Part shown: in pieces, positions 1 through 9,185 of the stretch
How positions within the stretch are numbered: the first letter of the stretch is position 1
How the letters are laid out: each line of letters opens with the position of its first letter
Origin: Phycisphaerae bacterium
Lineage (GTDB): Bacteria > Planctomycetota > Phycisphaerae > UBA1845
Direction: 5' to 3'
Assembly: GCA_963666835.2 (NCBI GenBank)
Contig: CAXXGO010000001.1
Coordinates: forward strand, 192,001 to 256,000
Length of the DNA stretch: 64,000 bases
Made by a program: the position numbers and the translations under genes
The notes under the pieces: model-generated
Database searches by the model: none
The model's input: the letters and a program-made list of their open reading frames with translations, nothing else
What the model was told of the DNA's origin: nothing

Positions 1-216
1 CTCGTCCTCAACGGAAGCCAGAACGCGCGCGGTCAGGTCGCAACCCGAAACGTCCGGTTGCCAGCTATTCAGGGCGTTCCACGTTTCTGACATTTCAGCA
101 TAAGCGGCGGCACAGGTCGCACAGCCTTCGAGGTGGCTGCGGAAGTCCCGCTGCTCGGAAGGCGACAGGTCTCCCGAGACCAGCCGAAGTACCAGACATG
201 TCTGTGGACAAGTCAT
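1..216 (-). CDS. zf-HC2 (ZAS) anti-sigma factor, 3' part beyond window edge
   Basis: Own translation MTCPQTCLVLRLVSGDLSPSEQRDFRSHLEGCATC... has HxxxCxxC; GGAG upstream of ATG; directly downstream of an ECF sigma gene. Confidence 0.85.
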   Translation of the reverse strand, partial: MTCPQTCLVLRLVSGDLSPSEQRDFRSHLEGCATCAAAYAEMSETWNALNSWQPDVSGCDLTARVLASVEDE

Positions 217-271
217 CAGAACGATCTCCAAGACTGAAACGAGCCGCTTTCCCGTATCCTGCGGTTCATTC

Positions 272-829
272 TCACGGTTTTTTGTACTCCTTAAGGGCTT
301 TCCTGAGGTTCGCGTAACCTCGGGTGAGCAGCGATTCCACCGCCGATTCGGACCAACCGGTGGCCTCCACGACCGTCCTTTGGGGCAAACCCGAGAAACG
401 GTGCAGAACAACGGCGAGCCGCTGTCGTTCCGGTAATGCGGCCACCGCGGCGCGGACAGCCGCAGCGCGATCTTCCTGTTCCACCGTCGTGCTCGGGCAC
501 GCCGCCACCGGCTCCGCGACGTCGGGCGGGTCTCCCGAGAAGGGCCTTTGCTTCTTGAAGGCGTCCAGGCAGAGGTTCACGACAATGCGGTACAGCCAAG
601 TGGTGAACCGAGCGGTAGGGCGATAACGCTCCGCCGACCTCCACACGCGAAGAAAGACCTCCTGGCCGATATCCTCCGCCAGAGTCATGTCACCCGTCGT
701 CCGGCAGGCGATCTCCAAGACCCGGTGCTGATGCCGCTTGACGAGTTCGGCAAGTGCAGACCGCTCCCCCGCAGCCACTAAGGCCATCAGCGCCTCGTCA
801 CTCGGACCGTCGGTCAGCACATCTGACAT
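272..829 (-). CDS. ECF RNA polymerase sigma-70 factor
   Basis: Region 2 (AEDIGQEVFLRVW, FTTWLYRIVVNLCLD) and region 4 (LPERQRLAVVL...VESLLTRG); start chosen at MSDVL. Confidence 0.93.
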   Translation of the reverse strand: MSDVLTDGPSDEALMALVAAGERSALAELVKRHQHRVLEIACRTTGDMTLAEDIGQEVFLRVWRSAERYRPTARFTTWLYRIVVNLCLDAFKKQRPFSGDPPDVAEPVAACPSTTVEQEDRAAAVRAAVAALPERQRLAVVLHRFSGLPQRTVVEATGWSESAVESLLTRGYANLRKALKEYKKP

Positions 830-962
830 TATCGCATCGCCAGAAACCGGAGTCTCTCGAACGCATCCGCAGGATACCGCAAAGGTCACTCGTTATACAA
901 ACAGGGAGAAAGAACCCGAAACCACGCGCGGCGCGGGTGCCCACCCCGGCGTTTGTCGGGCG

Positions 963-1035
963 CGGGTGCCCCATCCATTCCGGCGTTTGTTGGCCAGGAA
1001 CAGCCGCGCCGATTCCCCGCCGGAATGGGTGGGGG
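963..1035. repeat. Palindromic repeat family CGGGTGCCCCATCCATTCCGGCG...CGCCGGAATGGGTGGG
   Basis: Inverted arms; related copy at ~6391-6460; partial copy at ~934-960. Confidence 0.65.
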
Positions 1036-1343
1036 AGAGACCAGCCTCCGGCAGGCACTCGCGTTCTGCTCGATTCCCCACCCTTCGCCTCGGGCGTGGC
1101 GCGCATGCCGCATGTTCACCTGTTTACGGGGCTCTTTTGTCTACTGCGATATCCCGCAAGGCGAAGGACGGGGCACCCTCACGGGCCGGTCGCCCTTTGA
1201 TTTTCGGGCTGCCGAGTCACCGCAACCATGAAAAAACCCGGCATCGACCGCAGGGCGGATCGGGCTCGGTCGTTCAACCCTCGGAAACGCAAGGAGCTCT
1301 CGCGATGGCGGCGAGCGGTTGGCAGCTTTGTTGGAGGAAGATC

Positions 1344-2255
1344 ATGAAAGGTATTTCGTTAACCTGTGCGGCGCTGGCGGCCTCAATACTCCTGACGGTC
1401 GGGCAGCCGACTCGTGCCACGGATGTGACGCCGTGCGGTCACGAGCGAATCGAAGGTGTGGTCTCTGCGGTAGACCTGGTAGCCCAGCGGCTGGTAGTGG
1501 ACGATGCGATAATTCAGATCTCGGACGAGACGAAGATCCACGGCACCCAGAACAAAGCGGATCTGGTCGATATCCGCGTCGGTCAGACCATCGTGGCGAT
1601 CGGAACAACCAAAGACGGCGTCCTGGCCGCCGCCCGGTTGAAGGTAAAACCCGGGAAAGGCCACCCCGAGTGCGGCGAATCCTGCGGTTTCGGCAAAGGT
1701 CCGTGTGCGAAGACCCCGCGTCGCAGCTCGGTCGACGATGTACGCGCGAACCCCTCGTGCCGGGGCGGATGCGACCGCTGCCCAAGCCAATGCGCGAAGG
1801 CTGAACGCCCGTGCGACGGCAACTGCCCCGGCGGTTGCACCTGCTCGGCGGCGAACTGTCACTGCGGCGGTGACTGCCGATCCGCGAAAGGCGGAAGCTC
1901 CTGCGATAGCGACTGTCCGTACTCGAAGGGCAAGTGCTCTTGTGAAGAAGACTGCCGTTGCTCAGAAGGCAAACGTCCCTGCAAAGGCGATTGCCACGGC
2001 GACTGCACCTGCTCAGCGGCGAAGTGTCAATGCGGCGGCGACTGCCGATTCGCGAAGGGCGGAAGCTCCTGCGATAGCGACTGTCCGTACTCGAAGGGCA
2101 AGTGTTCCTGTGAAGGAGACTGCCGCTGCTCAGAAGGCATACGCCCCTGCAAGGGTAATTGCCACGACGATTGCGCCAGCTCAGCGGCGAAATGCCACTG
2201 CGGCGGTAAGGGCAAGTGCCACCGGCACGGCGCGGCAAGACGATCTCGCGGTTAG
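1344..2255 (+). CDS. Secreted protein: DUF5666-like beta domain plus Cys-rich metallothionein-like tandem repeats
   Basis: GGAGG RBS; signal peptide MKGISLTCAALAASILL; IEGVVSAVD...VGQTIVAIG...LAAARLKV pattern; 56-aa repeat with 13 Cys. Confidence 0.8.
   Translation: MKGISLTCAALAASILLTVGQPTRATDVTPCGHERIEGVVSAVDLVAQRLVVDDAIIQISDETKIHGTQNKADLVDIRVGQTIVAIGTTKDGVLAAARLKVKPGKGHPECGESCGFGKGPCAKTPRRSSVDDVRANPSCRGGCDRCPSQCAKAERPCDGNCPGGCTCSAANCHCGGDCRSAKGGSSCDSDCPYSKGKCSCEEDCRCSEGKRPCKGDCHGDCTCSAAKCQCGGDCRFAKGGSSCDSDCPYSKGKCSCEGDCRCSEGIRPCKGNCHDDCASSAAKCHCGGKGKCHRHGAARRSRG
1806..2207 (+). repeat. Intragenic 168-bp tandem repeat, ~2.4 copies
   Basis: GGAAGCTCCTGCGATAGC recurs at 1893 and 2061 (168 bp apart). 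Confidence 0.9.
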
Positions 2256-2638
2256 ACTCGCAACCTGCCCAGGCTCCGGTCGCCGCAAGCGGCGACCGGG
2301 GCCTTTACTTATGCGCAACCGGACCCCACGCCGTTGCGGAAGCAGCGACGGATTGCCCTGCCGCGTCTTCCCCAATGAACCCCATCATAGAAGGCGTGAT
2401 CAAAGGGGCTCAATAACGAAGCCCCGAATAAGTTGGCCCGGATCATTCATCCCAGCGAAGTATGAGCCGCAAACCAATGTGGCGCCAGAGCTTGTTCCTG
2501 GCGTGGAAGCCGCTGTGTTACCGTTACGCCATCCGCGAGGGATGGCGCCACAGTGAGTTACGCGCGTTCATGCAAACGTCATAAGTGACTCGGGTCCGGC
2601 GCCGCCCACGATAATGGGCCGCACATCCCCGCCCACGC

Positions 2639-3538
2639 TTACTTGCCGCCGCGCTGCTCTAACAGGGCGGCAAGCTTTGTGCGGCCTTTCAGCTTCGCGT
2701 AATGCAGCGGTGTAAAACCGGCCTGGTCCGTTGCATTGACCGCAGCGCCGTTGTCCAGAAGGACCTCAGCCAGCGCGGTCAGCAGAGTATCCACTTCCGG
2801 CTCCGAGGGCCCCTGAGAAGCCGCAATGATAAGCGGCGTTGCTCCCGTCTCACTCCGGGCGTCCGCCTTCGCTCCATCGGCGATAAGCTGCCTGGCAGTA
2901 TCCACCTTGAACCGTCGGGCCGCAGCGTGCAGCGGCGTTTCGCCCATCGCATCGGTTGCGTTCACCTTGGCCCCGAGCTTCACTAGCTCTCCAACGAGCT
3001 TCTTGTGGTTGTTCATCGCGGCATGATGAAGCGGAGTGCGCCCCGCGTGATCCGCGGCCATGATGTCAGCCCCGGCTTCCATCAGCGGCGCGAGCAGCTC
3101 AGAACACCCTTTCACGGCCACAACATGAAGCGGGGTGAAGCGCTGGTCGTCGCGTGCATTCACCTCAGCCCCGCCGGCAATCAACATCCGGGCAGTTGCC
3201 GCGCGGGCTTGGCGTGCTGCTCCTGTCCGGTGGGCCGCGGCCAGCAGGTGCAGCGGCCGCTCGCCACGCTTATTCGACGTGTTCGGTGAAGCATCCGCGG
3301 CCAACAGACTCTCGACCGCCGCCGTACGTATCTCCGCAGCGGCGATGTGCAGCGGGGTATTACCGCGCTGATCCCTGGCAGATACCAGGTCCGGATTATC
3401 GACCAGCAAGGCGTTGATAGCCGGCGCATCTTCCGCCCGCACCGCGGCGAACAAATCGCCCGCACTATCGGCGAATGCCGAAGGACCCCCGACTATCGTG
3501 AAGACCACAGCTACAATGAGGAGTTCCGCCTTATTCAT
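2639..3538 (-). CDS. Ankyrin-repeat protein with own signal peptide (probable independent start inside the long ORF)
   Basis: MNKAELLIVAVVFTIVGGPSAFA followed by ~7 G-x-TPLH-x-AA type repeats. Confidence 0.7.
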   Translation of the reverse strand: MNKAELLIVAVVFTIVGGPSAFADSAGDLFAAVRAEDAPAINALLVDNPDLVSARDQRGNTPLHIAAAEIRTAAVESLLAADASPNTSNKRGERPLHLLAAAHRTGAARQARAATARMLIAGGAEVNARDDQRFTPLHVVAVKGCSELLAPLMEAGADIMAADHAGRTPLHHAAMNNHKKLVGELVKLGAKVNATDAMGETPLHAAARRFKVDTARQLIADGAKADARSETGATPLIIAASQGPSEPEVDTLLTALAEVLLDNGAAVNATDQAGFTPLHYAKLKGRTKLAALLEQRGGK

Positions 3539-5596
3539 CTTGTTCCGCCTGCGTAACCGGTCGGTAGTCCGCGGCGAAGATGCCGTTGCGCTGGCTATCA
3601 TCGGGAACCGGTGCCGGAAGATCAAAGTGCCCAAGGTCATAATCAGCAGGGCCATTGCCGCCGCTCCCCACTCGGAAACCGTTGGAACGGCCTCGCCGGA
3701 GTTCGGGAGAACCGTAAAGACCGCGTCACTCTCGTCCCAGCCCCCGAAGGCGCCGCCGCCGTACACCGTCCGGCACCGTACCTTGTGGTTCGCACCGTCA
3801 GTAGTCGGAACCCAGACCGTTGACGTGGCCCCGGTGGGGGACTCGACCGTAATGTCGAACCACGTCGTATTATCTTGCGTCAAGGTAAGATCGTCGATCC
3901 AGACCGTGTCCGGTTGCGTAGTCGTGTTGAAGTCCTTGTCGTATTCCCATTTCAGCGTGTGCGGACCTGCGCCCAAAGTCGTCGAATAGTAGGTCCACGC
4001 GACCGAGCCGGACTCCGAGAACTGCAGAATGTCGTCGATGTAGAAGTTGAAATCGTCGTAGCCGTCCTCGGTACCGACCCGATACCAGAAACTCACCTCG
4101 CCGCCATCGGCGGAGCGCGTCATCCAGCTCACCTCATCGTCGTCGATAGCACCCGAGCGGGCAGCGTATGTACCCCCGTGAGCGGTACCCGATGCCACAA
4201 ACCAGGGTACATCTCCGCCGGTTACGAACTCCGCCGCGAGGCTACCGCTCTCGAAGCCCTCGGTGGTTACCGTGTTCTCCCCGTAGTTGGACGAATACTG
4301 CACCTGGAACGCCGTACTGGAGTTGCCCGTCCAAGATACGGTTGACGAGACGCCAGCCTCCAAGGTCTCACCGCCGTTCGGCGATACTACGGTCGTAGCC
4401 GGCTTCGCCAACGCGACATCCCACCGCGTGGCGTCACCCGCGTGTACTACCAGATCCGGAAACACCGCCGTGTCGTAGCCCTTCGCCTCGACCGACACGG
4501 TGTACGTGCCCGGGAGCAGCATGCGGTGATAATCGCCCACGTCCGGGTCGGTGTATACCGCGTGATCCCGTCCTTCTATCGTGACAGTTGCCTGACGCGG
4601 CAGGCCGGTGGCAGCGTCCGTAACGATACCCCGTACACCGATGAGCGCCGTCGCCATGTAAGCCAACATGGAATCGCGGTTGTTATTCCAATAGGTCGGC
4701 AACTGAGAGGCCGCGGGGTACGGCGACTGATCGTTGCTTATCTCCAGCGTTACCTCGTTGCAGCCCAAGTAGTGGTAGTTCCAATCCTGCATTCCCTGAT
4801 CGATTCGGTACCATGCCGCCCCGTTCGTAATCCCGTGATACCACGACCCATTCCACATCGGCGAGTTGTGTTGAGAGTATTCTTCGCTGATGTAAACGAA
4901 CAAGTCTTCGTCCGGGGACGGCGTGAACACACTCGCCCCTTCAGGGTTGTTGTCAAGCGGATAATTGACCACCAGAGCTCCCGTGTGGATGTTGGCCGAA
5001 AGCGTGAACGATTCGCCGAAACACCAGTTCATCACGACTCCCGTCTCGGCTGCCCGGCCGGCCGGAGTGTTGTTCGGGCTGGTGTAGGGATCGGGGAAAT
5101 CGCGGTTCAAATCTACGCCGTTGGCGTTTCGCCTCGTGCGGGTGCCGGCCATGTACCCGTCGGGGTTCATCAGCGGCATGATCCAGATGTCCATCTCATC
5201 GACCAGGTGGGTGATGTCCGGATCGACGCCGTAGTTGTCTGTGAGATGGTCAATCAGATACAAGCACATCTCGTTACCGACGATTTCGTTGCCGTGCATG
5301 GTCGAGATGTACTTGAACTCCGGCTCATCCTCTTCTGCCGGCACGTTGTCGCTGATGCGCAAAGCCCAAAGCTCCCGGCCTTGCACACTCGAGCCCAAAT
5401 CGTAAAGCTGGCAGATTGACCCGTGATCCGCCACCGTGTCGGAGAGGAACTGGCCTATCTCGGTGTGGCTGCGGTAGGTCTGCGCCGTTACCGGCGCGGT
5501 CCCGCAGGCCATTACCGCCAAGCCCGCCAGAACGCGTATGCCCAGCGGGCACCGCTTACTCGTTTGTGCAAGATCTAGGGAATGACGAATATGCAC
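2639..5596 (-). CDS. M14 zinc carboxypeptidase (N/E type) with regulatory beta domain and IPTL-CTERM-like tail, read in frame into an ankyrin-repeat protein
   Basis: HGNE, RRNANGVDLNRDF, SANIHTG, VTLEIS motifs; GDYHRMLLPGTY; AVPTVSEWG+TM+basic tail at ~3610-3693; ankyrin repeats follow. Confidence 0.88.
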   Translation of the reverse strand: MHIRHSLDLAQTSKRCPLGIRVLAGLAVMACGTAPVTAQTYRSHTEIGQFLSDTVADHGSICQLYDLGSSVQGRELWALRISDNVPAEEDEPEFKYISTMHGNEIVGNEMCLYLIDHLTDNYGVDPDITHLVDEMDIWIMPLMNPDGYMAGTRTRRNANGVDLNRDFPDPYTSPNNTPAGRAAETGVVMNWCFGESFTLSANIHTGALVVNYPLDNNPEGASVFTPSPDEDLFVYISEEYSQHNSPMWNGSWYHGITNGAAWYRIDQGMQDWNYHYLGCNEVTLEISNDQSPYPAASQLPTYWNNNRDSMLAYMATALIGVRGIVTDAATGLPRQATVTIEGRDHAVYTDPDVGDYHRMLLPGTYTVSVEAKGYDTAVFPDLVVHAGDATRWDVALAKPATTVVSPNGGETLEAGVSSTVSWTGNSSTAFQVQYSSNYGENTVTTEGFESGSLAAEFVTGGDVPWFVASGTAHGGTYAARSGAIDDDEVSWMTRSADGGEVSFWYRVGTEDGYDDFNFYIDDILQFSESGSVAWTYYSTTLGAGPHTLKWEYDKDFNTTTQPDTVWIDDLTLTQDNTTWFDITVESPTGATSTVWVPTTDGANHKVRCRTVYGGGAFGGWDESDAVFTVLPNSGEAVPTVSEWGAAAMALLIMTLGTLIFRHRFPMIASATASSPRTTDRLRRRNKMNKAELLIVAVVFTIVGGPSAFADSAGDLFAAVRAEDAPAINALLVDNPDLVSARDQRGNTPLHIAAAEIRTAAVESLLAADASPNTSNKRGERPLHLLAAAHRTGAARQARAATARMLIAGGAEVNARDDQRFTPLHVVAVKGCSELLAPLMEAGADIMAADHAGRTPLHHAAMNNHKKLVGELVKLGAKVNATDAMGETPLHAAARRFKVDTARQLIADGAKADARSETGATPLIIAASQGPSEPEVDTLLTALAEVLLDNGAAVNATDQAGFTPLHYAKLKGRTKLAALLEQRGGK

Positions 5597-5727
5597 GGTT
5601 CAGTTTGCCTTTCCGGGGGCCCATCTACGGGCGTCAGGAGTGATCGGGCGGTTGGGCTGATCCTCCGCCGACGAATCGAATTCGCGCTCCCCCCAACTAT
5701 ACCAGCCCTTCCAAGAAACAAGTCCCC

Positions 5728-5736
5728 ATTGTAACA
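5728..5736 (-). promoter_or_regulatory. Putative extended -10 element (TGTTACAAT) for the carboxypeptidase gene
   Basis: TGn + TACAAT ~130 bp upstream of start. Confidence 0.35.
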
Positions 5737-5914
5737 AAGCGGCACACCTGTCGCAACGGTTGATTCTGTTGTAAAGGCATTCTTCCGTGCGCCAAACGGG
5801 CCTGGCGCTAGCGCCAGCGGGGGTGGTTTCGCTGGGAAGGTCAACGGGGGGACCCTCGCCGCCCTCCTCGCAACCACGGCTGGACGCGCGCCGGCGCAGA
5901 AATACGGACGTAGA

Positions 5915-6130
5915 TCAGCCGCTGGACGCATCGGCCCCGCCATCCGTTGATGCCGGCGAACTGCCGCCTTCGGCGAACCATCTGCGGACGTCATCCGCCG
6001 TCGCCGGCGGGATCTTCGTCAGGCTGTTCTGCACCCACAGACCCCGCTCGCGGCAGCGGTCGATGAGCTGTCGAGATGTTACGCCAAGCTCCCTGGCCAG
6101 CTCCTTGATTTTTACTCCGCTCTTTGCCAA
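5915..6130 (-). CDS. Stand-alone translation initiation factor IF-2 N-terminal domain protein
   Basis: VKIKELARELGVTSRQLIDRCRERGLWVQNSLTKI matches the IF2_N pattern; TTG start after GGAGAGG. Confidence 0.75.
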   Translation of the reverse strand: MAKSGVKIKELARELGVTSRQLIDRCRERGLWVQNSLTKIPPATADDVRRWFAEGGSSPASTDGGADASSG

Positions 6131-6251
6131 TTCCGGATCGTCCTCTCCGCACTTACCCACGGCGCCGGTGCTGGAACGTCACGCCGATCTTGGGTGATTC
6201 TTGGTTCAACATTTTTCGCCCCGTTCGCACGTCGGGCGACGGAGTTGGCAG

Positions 6252-6260
6252 ATTATAACA
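6252..6260 (-). promoter_or_regulatory. Putative extended -10 promoter (TGTTATAAT)
   Basis: Consensus TGnTATAAT upstream of the IF2_N gene. Confidence 0.45.
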
Positions 6261-6369
6261 GTTCACGAGATCGCGCCTCTGCAAGACGATGTCCTTCTGC
6301 CGCACAATGGCAGTTCCGTACGGCACGATCGAGGCCCTACGCCTACAGTCAACAGCGCGCAACCCCCTC

Positions 6370-6559
6370 GTAGGGCACGGTCGAGGCACGCGGGTGCCCC
6401 GTCCATGCCGGCGTTTGTTGCGCTGAAATGCCGCATCGCCCCGCCGTCGGCATGGGTGGGGGACGGATTGGGTAGGGCACGGTCGAGGTACGAGACCTGC
6501 CACGAAGGCCCGCGATGCGTGAAGACCTCGTAGGGCACGGTCGAGGCACGAGACCTGCC
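6370..6559 (+). repeat. Three GTAG-type REP copies (GTAGGGCACGGTCGAGGnACGAGACCTGCC); the first is truncated by another palindromic element
   Basis: Copies at 6370, 6472, 6530; GTAG plus imperfect hairpin GGCA-C-GGTC/GACC-TGCC. Confidence 0.9.
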
Positions 6560-6728
6560 GCAAAAACGCATGCTGTCCAAGCCGAACGCTGTTGTACGAC
6601 CCACTTCGGGGTTGGTGCGGAAGGGGGCTTTGTGTGCCCCAGGGTGGCACTAGAGCGGCTGCGCCGCTTCGTTTACCCTGGGCTTTGCTGTTCAACGCCT
6701 TGGCGTAGGTTCAAAAGGCGCAGATCGC

Positions 6729-7288
6729 GCGAAGACTCACGGCAGGTCTCGTTCCTCGACCGTGCCCTACACCCGCCGATGCAGCCCTACCCATACCGGC
6801 GGCGTTATCTGTCATACTGTAGGCAGGATGCCTGCGTTGCGCGAAGACTCACGGCAGGTCTCGTTCCTCGACCGTGCCCTACACCCGCTGATGCAGCCCT
6901 ACCCATACCGGCGGCGTTATCTGTCATACTGTAGGCAGGATGCCTGCGTTGCGCGAAGACTCACGGCAGGTCTCGTTCCTCGACCGTGCCCTACACCCGC
7001 TGATGCAGCCCTACCCATACCGGCGGCGTTATCTGTCATACTGTAGGCAGGATCCCTGCGTTACGCGAAGACTCACGGCAGGTCTCGTTCCTCGACCGTG
7101 CCCTACACCCGCTGATGCAGCCCTACCCATACCGGCGGCGTTATCTGTCATACTGTAGGCAGGATCCCTGCGTTACGCGAAGACTCACGGCAGGTCTCGT
7201 TCCTCGACCGTGCTCTACACCTGCCCGTGCAGCCCTACCCATAACGGCGGGGTTATCTGCCATACTGCAGGCAGGATGCCTGTGCTAA
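6729..7288. repeat. 112-bp tandem repeat x5, each unit with an inverted REP and a GTAGGCAGGATnCCTGC mini-hairpin
   Basis: Units start at 6729, 6841, 6953, 7065, 7177; last unit degenerate. Confidence 0.95.
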
Positions 7289-7345
7289 GCGAAAGACGCT
7301 GGTGCAGGCGGGATGCCTGAGTTACGCCGGCTGAGCAGGGCGAAC

Positions 7346-8383
7346 CTAAAACGGGGTCATTACCGGTTCACCGCGAACGGCTATGACCATTGCCACTGCC
7401 GCGGCACCGGTTAGAAGAGGGAGCACGACACCATACACGACGATAATGCCGGTGGCGTGCCACGGCGAGCGGACCAATTGCCGGGTGCGGTCGCTCAACA
7501 AAGACCCAATCCACCCGGCGGCCGTGAGCACCGCTACACCCACCACGGCCAGGTCGCGTCCCAGCCGATACTCCGGCGGAAGGCTGGAACGGAAGCTGTC
7601 CGTCAGGAACTCGTATCGGAGGAAAACCTCGATCCCCATACCGATTCCGACCAGGATCGCCATGTGGATAAGGCGATGGGCTTCGTAGTTTGCCGCGGCG
7701 ATAATCGTCCGCGGAACTCGGGCGAAGTCCGGCAAGCGGCGGCGCATCCGAAAGCGAAGTCCGATCAGGCCGGGACCGGCCCAGGCGGCTAAAGCCCAAG
7801 CCACAATGGGGCAACAAAACGACAGAAAAGTCCACGACGGCTCGAAACGCAACCGGTTGGTGGTTACGGTCGTCGGGGCACGCAGGCCTTTGGAATACAC
7901 ATCCTCGTCGATATGGTCTTCGTACCGGCAGAACCGTCCGCCGAATCCGGTAACGTAGATGAACACTCCACTGTCGATCCGGGCTCCGGAGACATCCGTG
8001 TGGAAGTACTGGGTCGAGGTTTGCACGACCAGTCCATCACAAACCGCGCCGCACCCCAGAATCATCGCAGTTGCGATAAGGGCGCAAAGGCCCGCGCGGT
8101 TGAGAGAGCGACGAAAGTCGCGCTCCCGGTCCAAAGCCCACCACCACCCCGGAGCACGCTTGCGGAGCGGAGCCCACAGGCTCGAAAAGAACCACTTTCC
8201 GGAGTCGACGGCCTGCCAGACCTGACGGCGGTAGTCGGCCGGGACCCCGCGCAGGCCGCACTCGGGGCAATCGGGCGGACCCTCCGGGTTAGGGAGATTA
8301 TGACCGCAAGCCGCGCACCGCCGGCGGGCCTCCGCCAGGAGTCGATTCACGGAAGCTCTCTTGTCGGCTTCGTCGATCGGCAT
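7346..8383 (-). CDS. Zinc-ribbon (CAACGHNL...CPECG) multi-pass membrane protein
   Basis: Paired CxxC motifs at the N-terminus followed by several hydrophobic segments. Confidence 0.75.
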   Translation of the reverse strand: MPIDEADKRASVNRLLAEARRRCAACGHNLPNPEGPPDCPECGLRGVPADYRRQVWQAVDSGKWFFSSLWAPLRKRAPGWWWALDRERDFRRSLNRAGLCALIATAMILGCGAVCDGLVVQTSTQYFHTDVSGARIDSGVFIYVTGFGGRFCRYEDHIDEDVYSKGLRAPTTVTTNRLRFEPSWTFLSFCCPIVAWALAAWAGPGLIGLRFRMRRRLPDFARVPRTIIAAANYEAHRLIHMAILVGIGMGIEVFLRYEFLTDSFRSSLPPEYRLGRDLAVVGVAVLTAAGWIGSLLSDRTRQLVRSPWHATGIIVVYGVVLPLLTGAAAVAMVIAVRGEPVMTPF

Positions 8384-8440
8384 CCCTCGGGCTCACCTAC
8401 TCGATCCGCGCGAGGCGGTTGCTCTCACGTTTCGCCGGGG

Positions 8441-9121
8441 TCACGCTGACCGAGGCTTGACACATTCGGGAGTATCGTTGGCCGGATTGCCGACCGCCCG
8501 GCCCACTGGATAGGCCGTCATCTCCTCGGCTGAATAAGGTACCAGCAACTCGCGCAATCCGGCACCCGGGCTCACCTTAGGGTCGAGCCAGGTTTCGAAG
8601 TCTCTTCGCCGCAAGATCACCGGCATGCGGTTGTGCAGCGGGCGTAGCAGCTTGTTCGGCTCCGTTGTTATTATGGTACACGAATCCAGCTCGGAGCCAT
8701 CCGCGCCCGCCCAGTGTTCCCACAGCCCGGCGAACCCCAGCGGGCCGCCGTCGCTCATCCGGATGTAATACGGCTGCTTGCCCTTCATCCCGGGCACCGC
8801 TTGCCATTCGTAGAAACCGTCGGCGACGACGAGACACCGGCGACGTTCGAAGGCCGCCCGGAATGACGGCTTGTCCGCAATGGTCTCGGCGCGGGCGTTG
8901 ATCATCCGCGCCCCGCTGCCCGGATCCTGAGCCCAGGAGGGCACCAGCCCCCAGAACAGCAAATCGAACCGCCGACGGGAACCATGCGGAGGTATCCGCA
9001 CTACCGGTGCCGGCTGGGTGGGTGCGATATTGTACCGGGGGACCACGTCGGGCGCGTCGGCCAGCTCAAAGAACTCCGCCAGCACCTCACCCGACGAAGT
9101 CAACGAGAACCGCCCGCACAT
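8441..9121 (-). CDS. SRAP family abasic-site protein (YedK/HMCES-like)
   Basis: MCGRF N-terminus, RYNIAPTQ, INARAET, GFYEW, HNRMPVIL. Confidence 0.95.
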   Translation of the reverse strand: MCGRFSLTSSGEVLAEFFELADAPDVVPRYNIAPTQPAPVVRIPPHGSRRRFDLLFWGLVPSWAQDPGSGARMINARAETIADKPSFRAAFERRRCLVVADGFYEWQAVPGMKGKQPYYIRMSDGGPLGFAGLWEHWAGADGSELDSCTIITTEPNKLLRPLHNRMPVILRRRDFETWLDPKVSPGAGLRELLVPYSAEEMTAYPVGRAVGNPANDTPECVKPRSA

Positions 9122-9185
9122 GTCTCAATCCTTATTGACTGGCTCCCGCTCCGGAGGGAGCCGCGGCCTCCGGCGCGTGGACCGT

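Noticed and set aside
6729..7288. CRISPR array or repeat-protein ORFs (e.g. 6515-6934, 6762-7046)
   Set aside because: Near-identical 112-bp units, not a multiple of 3; the ORFs are translations of non-coding repeats
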